A stretch of DNA of 64,000 nt from Saprospiraceae bacterium (GTDB lineage Bacteria; Bacteroidota; Bacteroidia; Chitinophagales; Saprospiraceae): positions 632-64,631 of the forward strand of contig JAWVZH010000001.1 of the NCBI GenBank assembly GCA_033722295.1, read 5' to 3'. Positions 12,962-21,266 of this stretch are shown here, piece by piece; position 1 is the first letter of the stretch; each line of letters opens with the position of its first letter. The position numbers were made by a program, and so were the translations under genes. The notes beneath the pieces were generated by a model. That model did no database searches. It saw only the letters and a program-made list of their open reading frames with translations, and had not been told where the DNA came from.

Positions 12962-13558
12962 CTAGGTCTTGTTTGCCAGGATGGAAAATCTGTGCAGGTA
13001 CTTGCCAATTATGTCATATTCCAGATTGACCATCATACCTTCGTCCAATTGTTTGAAGGTGGTGTGATCGTAAGTATAGGGAATGATTGCAACGCTGAAG
13101 TGATCATCTTTCAGATCAGCTATAGTCAGACTCACCCCGTTAATGCAGATCGATCCCTGGGGAATGAACAGATGATCAGCTCCTTGTGGTATTTTAAAAG
13201 TGAACTTCCAGCTTCCATTAAGGGATACCTTTCTGATACATCGGGTCGTACCATCTATATGCCCCTGAACCATATGGCCATCCAGCCTGGAGCCTATTCG
13301 GGCGGCACGCTCAAGGTTGACCAGATCGCCTTTCTCAAGATCTCGAAGATTAGATTTTTTGAGGGTTTCATCAATGGCAGTGATGGCATGATGGTCGCCT
13401 TCGGTCGCTTCTACCGTCAGGCAAACCCCATTGTGACTTACACTTTGGTCGACCTTCAATTCACTGGATATATGACTGTGGATCTCGATCTGCTTACTCG
13501 TGCCCCGTTGCACGATCGATCTTACCTCTCCAATGGATTCTATAATTCCTGTAAACAT
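12962..13558 (-). CDS. ribE: Riboflavin synthase (alpha chain)
   Basis: MFTGIIESIGEV N-terminus and the duplicated lumazine-binding repeat (GVCLTV / GVSLTI). Confidence 0.93.
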   Translation of the reverse strand: MFTGIIESIGEVRSIVQRGTSKQIEIHSHISSELKVDQSVSHNGVCLTVEATEGDHHAITAIDETLKKSNLRDLEKGDLVNLERAARIGSRLDGHMVQGHIDGTTRCIRKVSLNGSWKFTFKIPQGADHLFIPQGSICINGVSLTIADLKDDHFSVAIIPYTYDHTTFKQLDEGMMVNLEYDIIGKYLHRFSILANKT

Positions 13559-13569
13559 GTAATGCGCAG

Positions 13570-16293
13570 TTACTGACTTCTGATAAGCTCTATGTAGCCT
13601 TTCAGTATATTATCCTGACGAAGGATGCCGTCGTAATGACTCTCGAATACGACACAACTGTAAAAATAGGTTCCATCCGCCAACTCTTCACCATTAAGAT
13701 TGGTGCCATCCCAATTGATCTCCGGATCTTCGGTCTCAAAGACAAGCTGCCCCCATCTGTTGAACACACTGAATTCCACATGATCGATAAACCGTTTTCT
13801 GCGAGGCACGAATAGATCATTTTGACCATTACCATTAGGTGTGAATGTGTTCGGCAACTCGTAAAGTGGGCAATTTTCAACGCAATTGATGTCGGTTCTT
13901 TTGCTTTCGTTCCCTACAGAATCGACAGAGGTTACGCTGTAACATCCTGCTGCCTGTGATCCTACCAGATGGGTATATTCGAATGTGCTACCGTACATTA
14001 TTGTGTCAAGGGCGATCCATTCGCTGTTGACCGTCCTTCGAAAATAAATGATGAAAGAGACAAGGTCCTCAGAGCCTTCACATATGAAAGTTGGATCATT
14101 CCAGCTGATCACATTATAAAAATCCTCTTCACTGATGTCTTCTTCATCGTCACATGGATTGGTGACATTTACCTCTGGAGCACATGGCGCCACGGAATCT
14201 ATGGGGACTCCACATGCTACCTGCGAGTGATTCAGTAAAAGGAGATCAAGATCGTCCAGTCCATAATCACCGTAACCCAAGACTTTAAAGCAATAGGTTT
14301 CACCATTGGTCAAGTCGTCCACCAGGAAGGTAGTATCAGACGTCCGGCCAAGAGTATCAAAATCACCAAGGTCGTTTTCCATCAAAATGTCGTAATACAA
14401 ATTATCCCAGGGCACATCTTCCGACCAGTTCAGCATGATCTGCCGATCGGTATTGATAGTATTAAGATAAATAGAGCTTGCATCCTCCGAGGTTCTGAAG
14501 GAAGGGACGTTTCCATATGTGAAATCCACCTGGTACTCATAACCAGTAGTTACAGTATTCAGATTTTGGTCCATCCAGGTCGTATCAACGTCGGAAGACC
14601 AGGTGGGCGCAGTAAAGATTGCACCGGGCACTTGAGTATATGTACCGATGCCGGTTGGACGCCGCTCTAACCGGTATACATAAGGACCCGGTCTTTGTAT
14701 TGTGTCAAGCTCTTCGGCTACGGGGCGTGTCCAGCGGATGTAGATGCGTCCAGTATCAGTATTTGTAGATCTTACATCAACATTCAAAATAAGCGGTTGA
14801 TCTCGTGACAATTGGAGACAAACCTCCTCTGAGGTCAGGCTCTCGACAAAGTTGAATGGAAATCCTGCCGGACTTTTTCTGGCAAATTCGGCCAGCACCC
14901 GGTAGCAATAGGTCCTGCCTTTCTCTGCCGTTTCATCACGATAGAAATAACGTCCGTTAGCTTCTTCCTGGAATTGATAATCCAGAAGGGTATATCCCTG
15001 ACCTTCTAATCCTGGGTTGCAAGTGTCGGGAATAACATCCTTATGTCCTATACGTCGCCATATACTAAAACCATAGAAATAGTCATCAAGAGCATCTTCG
15101 CACCTGTAAGGAGAGGCCCAGCTTACGATAATGTCCTCCTGGTTGGCTTCGCCTTGTACTTCTTGGGGTGGAGGGCCTACAACCTTTATTCTCAGTGTAT
15201 GGAGGTCTGAGAGCGGCGGAAAAGTCTGCGGTTGGTCGACAGCCTTGAATACAATGGTATAAGGCTCGTTACGAATATGATTGCAGTTGGTATACCACAA
15301 AAATCTCCCGTTCACAGGACCATCGGAATAATTGTCAGGCGCTTCAAAAGTTGCCGGTGATGAAGACAGATCAAAGGCACCTCCAGTAGAGGTCAGTAAA
15401 ATCTGGTCTGGCCGTGCATTGAGATCGATGGCAGTGACATTCAGGTCTATGGTATCACCAGCTACAACACAGATCTCTGTTTCTGCGGAGATCAGAGGAG
15501 GGGCATTCTCACATGCCAGGATCTCTATCTGCATATCCCGGATTATACTGTTAATCAATTGACCCTTTCTGTACTCGTTCACACGGAAAGCAATATTGAA
15601 TTCTCCTTCCCTTTGGGGAAAGTTCCACTTGAATTCTCCTGTTCTCTCATTCAGGGTGATGACATTATCCGGCCCGGGTAGAATTTGATCAGGAAACTCA
15701 TAGTTCTTTATCGTTGTATCAGGTCCCTGAAAGGGAATGATAAGCTCGAACGATAAGCTGTCACCATCAGGATCTGAGGCATTGGGATTATGTGTGAAGG
15801 GCTGGCCTACACAGCCAAAGTCAATAGGAGGCTCCAGAAGTATCGCACTGCTGTTCTGACCCTGAAATTGATTATTGAGCAAAGTAAGAGTGGTGGATAT
15901 ATAAAATTTTACATTGACAGAGTTGGGAATATTGACCACATCAGCAACGCGATTGGGATCTTGCATTCCGATCGTATAGGTGCCCCTTCCGGGATAGGTG
16001 TGCCGTCCAATATATATGTTCTTTTTGATGTCATTACCCAGTGACTCACCATTATTGTCGGGACCGTTACTCCTGAATAGTATTGAAAAGGTGCCATCTC
16101 CCCAATTGACAAGAATGCTGTCTCTGTCAGCATTTGTACTGCTTTCCTTCGTATAGGTAGTTACCGTACACTCTATACTGAGATCATCGAGTTGGACATA
16201 AGTGATCTCTCCCGCTCGGTTGTGCGTGCCCCAGGCGAATAATGGAATGCCACAAATGGTGACTAATAACAATCTTTTCAGGATGCTGTACAT
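13570..16293 (-). CDS. Large secreted surface protein with T9SS type-B (CHU_C / gliding-associated) C-terminal domain
   Basis: C-terminus reads PNTFTPNGNGQNDLF...FNRWGQLVFE...WDGTNLNGEELADGTYFY. I chose the ATG at 16293 because it yields a signal peptide (MYSILKRLLLVTICGIPLFAWG). The track start at 16338 is a TTG. Confidence 0.85.
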   Translation of the reverse strand: MYSILKRLLLVTICGIPLFAWGTHNRAGEITYVQLDDLSIECTVTTYTKESSTNADRDSILVNWGDGTFSILFRSNGPDNNGESLGNDIKKNIYIGRHTYPGRGTYTIGMQDPNRVADVVNIPNSVNVKFYISTTLTLLNNQFQGQNSSAILLEPPIDFGCVGQPFTHNPNASDPDGDSLSFELIIPFQGPDTTIKNYEFPDQILPGPDNVITLNERTGEFKWNFPQREGEFNIAFRVNEYRKGQLINSIIRDMQIEILACENAPPLISAETEICVVAGDTIDLNVTAIDLNARPDQILLTSTGGAFDLSSSPATFEAPDNYSDGPVNGRFLWYTNCNHIRNEPYTIVFKAVDQPQTFPPLSDLHTLRIKVVGPPPQEVQGEANQEDIIVSWASPYRCEDALDDYFYGFSIWRRIGHKDVIPDTCNPGLEGQGYTLLDYQFQEEANGRYFYRDETAEKGRTYCYRVLAEFARKSPAGFPFNFVESLTSEEVCLQLSRDQPLILNVDVRSTNTDTGRIYIRWTRPVAEELDTIQRPGPYVYRLERRPTGIGTYTQVPGAIFTAPTWSSDVDTTWMDQNLNTVTTGYEYQVDFTYGNVPSFRTSEDASSIYLNTINTDRQIMLNWSEDVPWDNLYYDILMENDLGDFDTLGRTSDTTFLVDDLTNGETYCFKVLGYGDYGLDDLDLLLLNHSQVACGVPIDSVAPCAPEVNVTNPCDDEEDISEEDFYNVISWNDPTFICEGSEDLVSFIIYFRRTVNSEWIALDTIMYGSTFEYTHLVGSQAAGCYSVTSVDSVGNESKRTDINCVENCPLYELPNTFTPNGNGQNDLFVPRRKRFIDHVEFSVFNRWGQLVFETEDPEINWDGTNLNGEELADGTYFYSCVVFESHYDGILRQDNILKGYIELIRSQ

Positions 16294-16356
16294 CTGGTCA
16301 TGCTGTCTGTCTAAGATAAACGATTTTTGCTCGCTCAAGTTGTGAAGTATCGATAA

Positions 16357-17220
16357 TCAGCTAATAGAGGACAAACAAGAGGAAAGTGCTTCCGTCCAGT
16401 GCTGTCTTTTTATACCTGTATCTTCTTCAAGTCGGGAACAATTCAAAATACTGAAATGGGGGCGAGGCGCTTTTGCACCATATGATGCGGAATCTATAGG
16501 TGTGACCTGTACATTTATTTTAGCCATTTTGAAGATCATAACGGCAAATTCATACCAATTGGTGAATCCGGTATGCGTGTAATGATAAATTACGTTTTGG
16601 TCGCTGCTCAGTTGACGGTTCTTTATCATACTCAGAATAAGCTCTGCGATTTCATGTGCAGATGTCGGACAGCCCCATTGATCCTGTATGACACTGAGTC
16701 GGTCGTGTGACTTTCCGAGCTTTATCATCGTACGCAGAAAATTATTACCATACCGGGAGTATATCCAACTCGTCCTCAGGATGGTCGCCGAGGCTGCGTT
16801 ATTAAGGATTATTTCATCTCCTTTGAGCTTTGATTTTCCATACTGGCTTTTCGGGGTGCACGGATCCTTTTCGGTCAGTGGTCTTCGAAGTCTATTATGA
16901 TAGACATAGTCTGAGCTGATATGAATGAGATGGCAATTGTGATCTGAGCATGCTCTCGACAGATGCTCCAGGGCCAGGCCGTTTATGGTCATGGAGAGGT
17001 CGGACTTTACTTCGGCGAGATCAACTGCGGTAAATGCCGCAGTATTGATGAGATAGTCGAACTCACCCTCGGCTATGAGTGCTTCACTTCGACTTTTATC
17101 CGTGATATCCCATTTAGCTTTATCGAAAAAAACAATATTCAATTCCGGAAAGGACGGAAGAATGGCTTCAAGGCAAAGTGATAATTGGCCACCATATCCT
17201 GTTACTCCGATTTTTATCAT
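16357..17220 (-). CDS. rfbD: dTDP-4-dehydrorhamnose reductase
   Basis: RmlD-like sequence (GVTGYGGQL, SSDYVY, YGKSK). ATGA overlap with rfbC. Confidence 0.9.
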   Translation of the reverse strand: MIKIGVTGYGGQLSLCLEAILPSFPELNIVFFDKAKWDITDKSRSEALIAEGEFDYLINTAAFTAVDLAEVKSDLSMTINGLALEHLSRACSDHNCHLIHISSDYVYHNRLRRPLTEKDPCTPKSQYGKSKLKGDEIILNNAASATILRTSWIYSRYGNNFLRTMIKLGKSHDRLSVIQDQWGCPTSAHEIAELILSMIKNRQLSSDQNVIYHYTHTGFTNWYEFAVMIFKMAKINVQVTPIDSASYGAKAPRPHFSILNCSRLEEDTGIKRQHWTEALSSCLSSIS

Positions 17221-17759
17221 AAAGCAGGGACATGTTGACCGAAAGGAGGATGTGCATTATCCTTATCGCTTAGTATGATCATATCATGAGGAAGAAGCCA
17301 GTCTATATCCAGTTGATCGTCCAGGGGATGAATGCCTCCTTCGTGTTCCGGAGCATAATGATTGTCACACTTATACGCAAAGATGGTTTCATCGGCCAAC
17401 ACTATGTACCCATGGCCAAAACCTCTCGGAATAAGGATCTGTCTCTTGTTCTCGCCACTCAGTATTTCGGAAAATACCTTTCCGTAAGAAGGCGACCCGG
17501 GTCTAAGGTCAGCAACTACGTCCAGGACTTCTCCTGAGATCACTCTGACCAGCTTAGCCTGTGCATGATCGCCGACCTGATAATGCAGGCCTCTCAGTAC
17601 ACCTTTATGTGATAAGGCTTCATTATCCTGCACCCAATTATAGGACTCGTATTCGTCGAACCACTTTTTATTGAAGCTTTCTAAAAAGTACCCCCGATGA
17701 TCCCTATGAACTTTCGGTTCTATAAGATATAAACCATTTATGCCTGTTGTTCGTATCAT
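17217..17759 (-). CDS. rfbC: dTDP-4-dehydrorhamnose 3,5-epimerase
   Basis: RmlC motifs (DHRGYFLESF, RGLHYQ, PRGFGHGY). ATGA overlap with the der stop. Confidence 0.95.
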   Translation of the reverse strand: MIRTTGINGLYLIEPKVHRDHRGYFLESFNKKWFDEYESYNWVQDNEALSHKGVLRGLHYQVGDHAQAKLVRVISGEVLDVVADLRPGSPSYGKVFSEILSGENKRQILIPRGFGHGYIVLADETIFAYKCDNHYAPEHEGGIHPLDDQLDIDWLLPHDMIILSDKDNAHPPFGQHVPAL

Positions 17760-19057
17760 TTTTCGCGCATAAATACTTTGATCGGTACTCCTGTAAAATC
17801 GAAATATTCTCTCAATTTATTTTCAAGAAAGCCCATATAAGCCGGTCTGACATGCTTGGGATGATTACAGAAAAAGGCAAAGGCGGGGTAGGCAAGTGGC
17901 AATTGAGAGACATATTTGATCTTGATGAACCGACCTCGATATGAAGGCGGTGGCGTCTTTTTTATGACTTCCAGCATGATCTGGTTCAGCTTAGAGGTTT
18001 TTATCCTTTTCGTTCGGTTTTGATAAACCTGGATCGCCGTTTCTATCACTCTGAAGATCCTTTGTTTGTCCAGGACGGAAGTAAAAATTACAGGCACATC
18101 ATTGAACGGAGCGATCTTCCTTTTGATCCTGTCCTCAAAGTTCTTCGCGGTCATCGTTTCCTTTTCCACCAGGTCCCATTTGTTGACCGCAATGACGACT
18201 CCCTTGTTCTTCTTTATGGCCATAGAAAGTATGGCAAGGTCCTGAGCCTCTACACCTTTTGTGGCATCCATCAAGAGGATCACGACATCTGCCTCCTCGA
18301 TAGCTTTGACCGCTCTTATCACCGAGTAAAACTCCAGGTTTTCATGAACCTTGCTCTTCTTGCGGATACCGGCAGTATCTATGAGGTAAAACTCTTTACC
18401 AAATTTGTCATACTTCGTGTAAATGCTATCCCTGGTCGTTCCTTCTATCTCTGTAACGATATTTCTCTCCTCGCCCAACAGAGCATTTGTCAGTGAAGAC
18501 TTACCCACGTTGGGTTGGCCGACTATAGCGATCTTCGGGAGACTGTCATCCATCTGGTCTGTATCTTCCATGATCTCGGTGAGTGCATCAAGGAGTTCTC
18601 CCGTTCCACTTCCGGATAAAGAAGAAACGAAATGCACTCTTTCAAAGCCCAACGACCAGAATTCATTGGCTCGCAGTTGCCGCTCCAGATTATCTACCTT
18701 ATTCACCACTACGAAGACCTCTTTCGGGGAGCGACGCAGTATATCTGCTATTTCTTCATCAAGGTCAGTGATACCTGTGGTCGTGTCCACCATAAAAATA
18801 ATTTGTGAGGCCTCGGACATGGCGATCTCAACCTGTTCCCTGATGGCCGCTTCGAATATATCATCAGATCCGCGTACAAAACCACCCGTATCTATCACAG
18901 AGAACTTGCGTCCGTTCCATTCACAATGACCATATTGTCTGTCACGGGTGACCCCTGACCTGTCATCCACAATGGCCTGGCGTTCACCGATCAGTCTGTT
19001 ATAAAGTGTCGATTTCCCAACGTTAGGGCGTCCGACTATGGCCACTACATTTCCCAT
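17756..19057 (-). CDS. der: Ribosome-associated GTPase Der (EngA)
   Basis: Two tandem G domains (GRPNVGKST and GQPNVGKSS) plus a KH-like C-terminus. Confidence 0.97.
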   Translation of the reverse strand: MGNVVAIVGRPNVGKSTLYNRLIGERQAIVDDRSGVTRDRQYGHCEWNGRKFSVIDTGGFVRGSDDIFEAAIREQVEIAMSEASQIIFMVDTTTGITDLDEEIADILRRSPKEVFVVVNKVDNLERQLRANEFWSLGFERVHFVSSLSGSGTGELLDALTEIMEDTDQMDDSLPKIAIVGQPNVGKSSLTNALLGEERNIVTEIEGTTRDSIYTKYDKFGKEFYLIDTAGIRKKSKVHENLEFYSVIRAVKAIEEADVVILLMDATKGVEAQDLAILSMAIKKNKGVVIAVNKWDLVEKETMTAKNFEDRIKRKIAPFNDVPVIFTSVLDKQRIFRVIETAIQVYQNRTKRIKTSKLNQIMLEVIKKTPPPSYRGRFIKIKYVSQLPLAYPAFAFFCNHPKHVRPAYMGFLENKLREYFDFTGVPIKVFMREK

Positions 19058-19062
19058 AGTTG

Positions 19063-19965
19063 CTAATATCCAAGTTTTTTGAGATCCTTTTCGCTATCCC
19101 GCCAATTCTCCCTGATTTTCACCGTAAGATCGAGATAAACCTCACTACCTGTGAATTTCTCGATCTTCTTTCTCGCGTTCATTCCCAGTTGCTTGATGGC
19201 CTGGCCACCCTTTCCTATGAGAATACGCCGTTGACTGTTCCTCAATACGAAGATGACGGCTCTGATGAGTGTCTTTCCACTGCTTGTACCATCTTCTTTA
19301 AATTCATTGACAACAACTTCACAACTGTAGGGTATCTCCTTACTAAATTGTTGCAATATCTCATTGCGTATGATCTCCTCAACGAAAAACCTTTCCGACC
19401 TGTCAGAGATATAATCTTTTTCATAGTACGGGGGATGTTCAGGTATCGCCTTCAGGATCAGTTCCAGTAGTTTTTTGAGGTTATAGCCATTTGTGGCCGA
19501 AACCGGAATGATCTCGGTTATGCCTTCGAGATCTTTCCAGTGTTCAATTTCTTCTATCACTTCAGGATCTTTGACCTTGTCAATCTTCGAAAGGAGTAAA
19601 AAGATGGGGCCCTCGTAATTCTTTTTGACCATGTCGAACAATTCCATGGATTCTGAGCGGGGAGAAGTAATATCATGCATAAAGAGGAGTATATCCGCGT
19701 CCTCCATTACGGAGAGAGCAGCCTGGTTCATCGACTCCTGCATGGAATATTCGGGATCTTTGATAAATCCAGGTGTATCGGCAATGATGATCTGATGATC
19801 CTCGCCATTCAGTATAGCGTGTATACGGTGCCTTGTTGTCTGTGGTTTGGGATTTATGATATTCAACTGCATTCCGAGAAGTGCATTCGTCAGGGTGGAC
19901 TTACCCGCATTGGGCAGGCCAATGATGTTGACAAAACCTGATCGGTGGCCAGCCTTATTTTTCAT
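19063..19965 (-). CDS. era: GTPase Era
   Basis: G domain (GLPNAGKST, DTPG) plus a C-terminal KH domain (LIGKGGQAIKQLG). Confidence 0.97.
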   Translation of the reverse strand: MKNKAGHRSGFVNIIGLPNAGKSTLTNALLGMQLNIINPKPQTTRHRIHAILNGEDHQIIIADTPGFIKDPEYSMQESMNQAALSVMEDADILLFMHDITSPRSESMELFDMVKKNYEGPIFLLLSKIDKVKDPEVIEEIEHWKDLEGITEIIPVSATNGYNLKKLLELILKAIPEHPPYYEKDYISDRSERFFVEEIIRNEILQQFSKEIPYSCEVVVNEFKEDGTSSGKTLIRAVIFVLRNSQRRILIGKGGQAIKQLGMNARKKIEKFTGSEVYLDLTVKIRENWRDSEKDLKKLGY

Positions 19966-19969
19966 CGAT

Positions 19970-20542
19970 TCAGGTTAGTTGTCGGGTTACGAGTTTGTTG
20001 CACAGCTGAAAAAGATAGTCGGGTCTCAATTTACGCCAATTTATGTCATTCAGTGTTTCTCCAAGATTGACGTAATGATGCATTTGTATCGATCTCATCT
20101 CCTCTTCTACGTGTGGGTGGAGATTGAGCAGGCAGATCCAGCCTCCTTCTTCGATAATATCATCAAACCATTCCTCATAATAACTCGAATCATCTGCATG
20201 ATAATTGAGAACGTTATCAGCGAGCAGGATGTATTTATTGATTTGATGCTGCGCGAGGTGATCGGCGATCTCCCGCTTGAGATACATTATGTCATTATAC
20301 AGGCAGTCATTCCATTCTCCGATCAGTTCGATCACCGTAAACCCTCTTGGATAGTCGGTATAGAGTATTTTGAGATATAATGTCTTGGAACCCATTTCAT
20401 CCCATTGAGGATGAATGTAATAATTGTATATCTTTTTGGTGAATGCGAACTCACTGTACTGCTGACCGTAGAACGGCGAGCGCTCATCCTCGGATGCGAC
20501 ATATTCATCCTGCCACCTGTAAAATGGTTCGATATCATGCAT
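19970..20542 (-). CDS. Hypothetical acidic, aromatic-rich protein (190 aa)
   Basis: ATG start. Ends 4 nt before era on the same strand. No family recognised with certainty. Confidence 0.6.
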   Translation of the reverse strand: MHDIEPFYRWQDEYVASEDERSPFYGQQYSEFAFTKKIYNYYIHPQWDEMGSKTLYLKILYTDYPRGFTVIELIGEWNDCLYNDIMYLKREIADHLAQHQINKYILLADNVLNYHADDSSYYEEWFDDIIEEGGWICLLNLHPHVEEEMRSIQMHHYVNLGETLNDINWRKLRPDYLFQLCNKLVTRQLT

Positions 20543-20582
20543 ATATGCTAATTTATATATTAATTAGGCCTATTGCTGAAAT

Positions 20583-21098
20583 ATGACTAACAACATTGAC
20601 CCAAAGAAAATTGTTATCACCGGCCCCGAAAATTCCGGAAAAACCATACTGAGCGAAGGGCTTGCATCTGATCTGAACTGGCCTATGGTGCCCGAGATGG
20701 CAAGGACCTTTCTGAGACACAAGACCAACTACAATATAAAGGATTTAGCCGACCTCTGCCAAATTCAGTGCGAGGTCGAGACAGCCACATTCGACATAGC
20801 CACAGAGGGTGTGATCTGTGATACCAATGCACTGACCATCTATGTCTGGTCCTGGTTGAAACTCGGGGAGCGTATCGTTTGTGATAAACATACGATCTTC
20901 GAGCCCGATCTCTATGTTCTCTGCTATCCTGATGTGCCCTTCGAGGACGATAGGCAGCGAGAGGATATCAATAGGCGAGAAATGTTATTTGACCTGTATT
21001 TGACGATTTTGTTGAACTGGCAATTGCCCTTCATTGTTGTACGTGGCGAAAGGCAAGAAAGGATCGATCATACAATTTCCGTGATTGAAACGTTGTAA
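20583..21098 (+). CDS. Small P-loop NTPase/kinase, AAA_28 (NadR C-terminal kinase-like)
   Basis: Walker A ITGPENSGKT, then PEMAR and a size (~170 aa) typical of NadR-type ribosylnicotinamide-kinase-like proteins. Assigned from memory of the family only. Confidence 0.6.
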   Translation: MTNNIDPKKIVITGPENSGKTILSEGLASDLNWPMVPEMARTFLRHKTNYNIKDLADLCQIQCEVETATFDIATEGVICDTNALTIYVWSWLKLGERIVCDKHTIFEPDLYVLCYPDVPFEDDRQREDINRREMLFDLYLTILLNWQLPFIVVRGERQERIDHTISVIETL

Positions 21099-21109
21099 TG
21101 TATTATTGG

Positions 21110-21117
21110 TACCTTTG
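21110..21117 (+). promoter_or_regulatory. Bacteroidota -7 promoter box TACCTTTG (TAnnTTTG)
   Basis: Exact TAnnTTTG match ~13 nt upstream of the riboswitch P1 stem. Confidence 0.4.
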
Positions 21118-21129
21118 TCGACTTAAAAA

Positions 21130-21205
21130 TTTGGTTTGGGGTGCCGGAAGGCTGAGATAAGACCCATGGAACCTGGAACGGGTTATGCCGTTTAGGGAAA
21201 CCATC
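21130..21205 (+). promoter_or_regulatory. TPP (THI-box) riboswitch aptamer
   Basis: GGGGTGC..GGCTGAGA..ACCC..GAACCTG..GGTTATGCC..TAGGGAA matches the THI-box core. The P1 stem is TGGTTT/AAACCA. Confidence 0.85.
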
Positions 21206-21266
21206 AGACGAATTGATTCGTGCTGTCCTGCTGTCTCCCCCTGTTATTTAATAAATAAAACGAATT

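Noticed and set aside
12992-13576. 194-aa plus-strand ORF covering the whole ribE locus
   Set aside because: It is antisense to a confidently identified riboflavin synthase gene. It resembles no family I recognise and looks like a typical shadow ORF.
18020-18929. Two overlapping plus-strand ORFs (158 and 168 aa) inside der
   Set aside because: They are antisense to the Der GTPase, have low-complexity Ser/Leu-rich translations and no recognisable motifs. Shadow ORFs.
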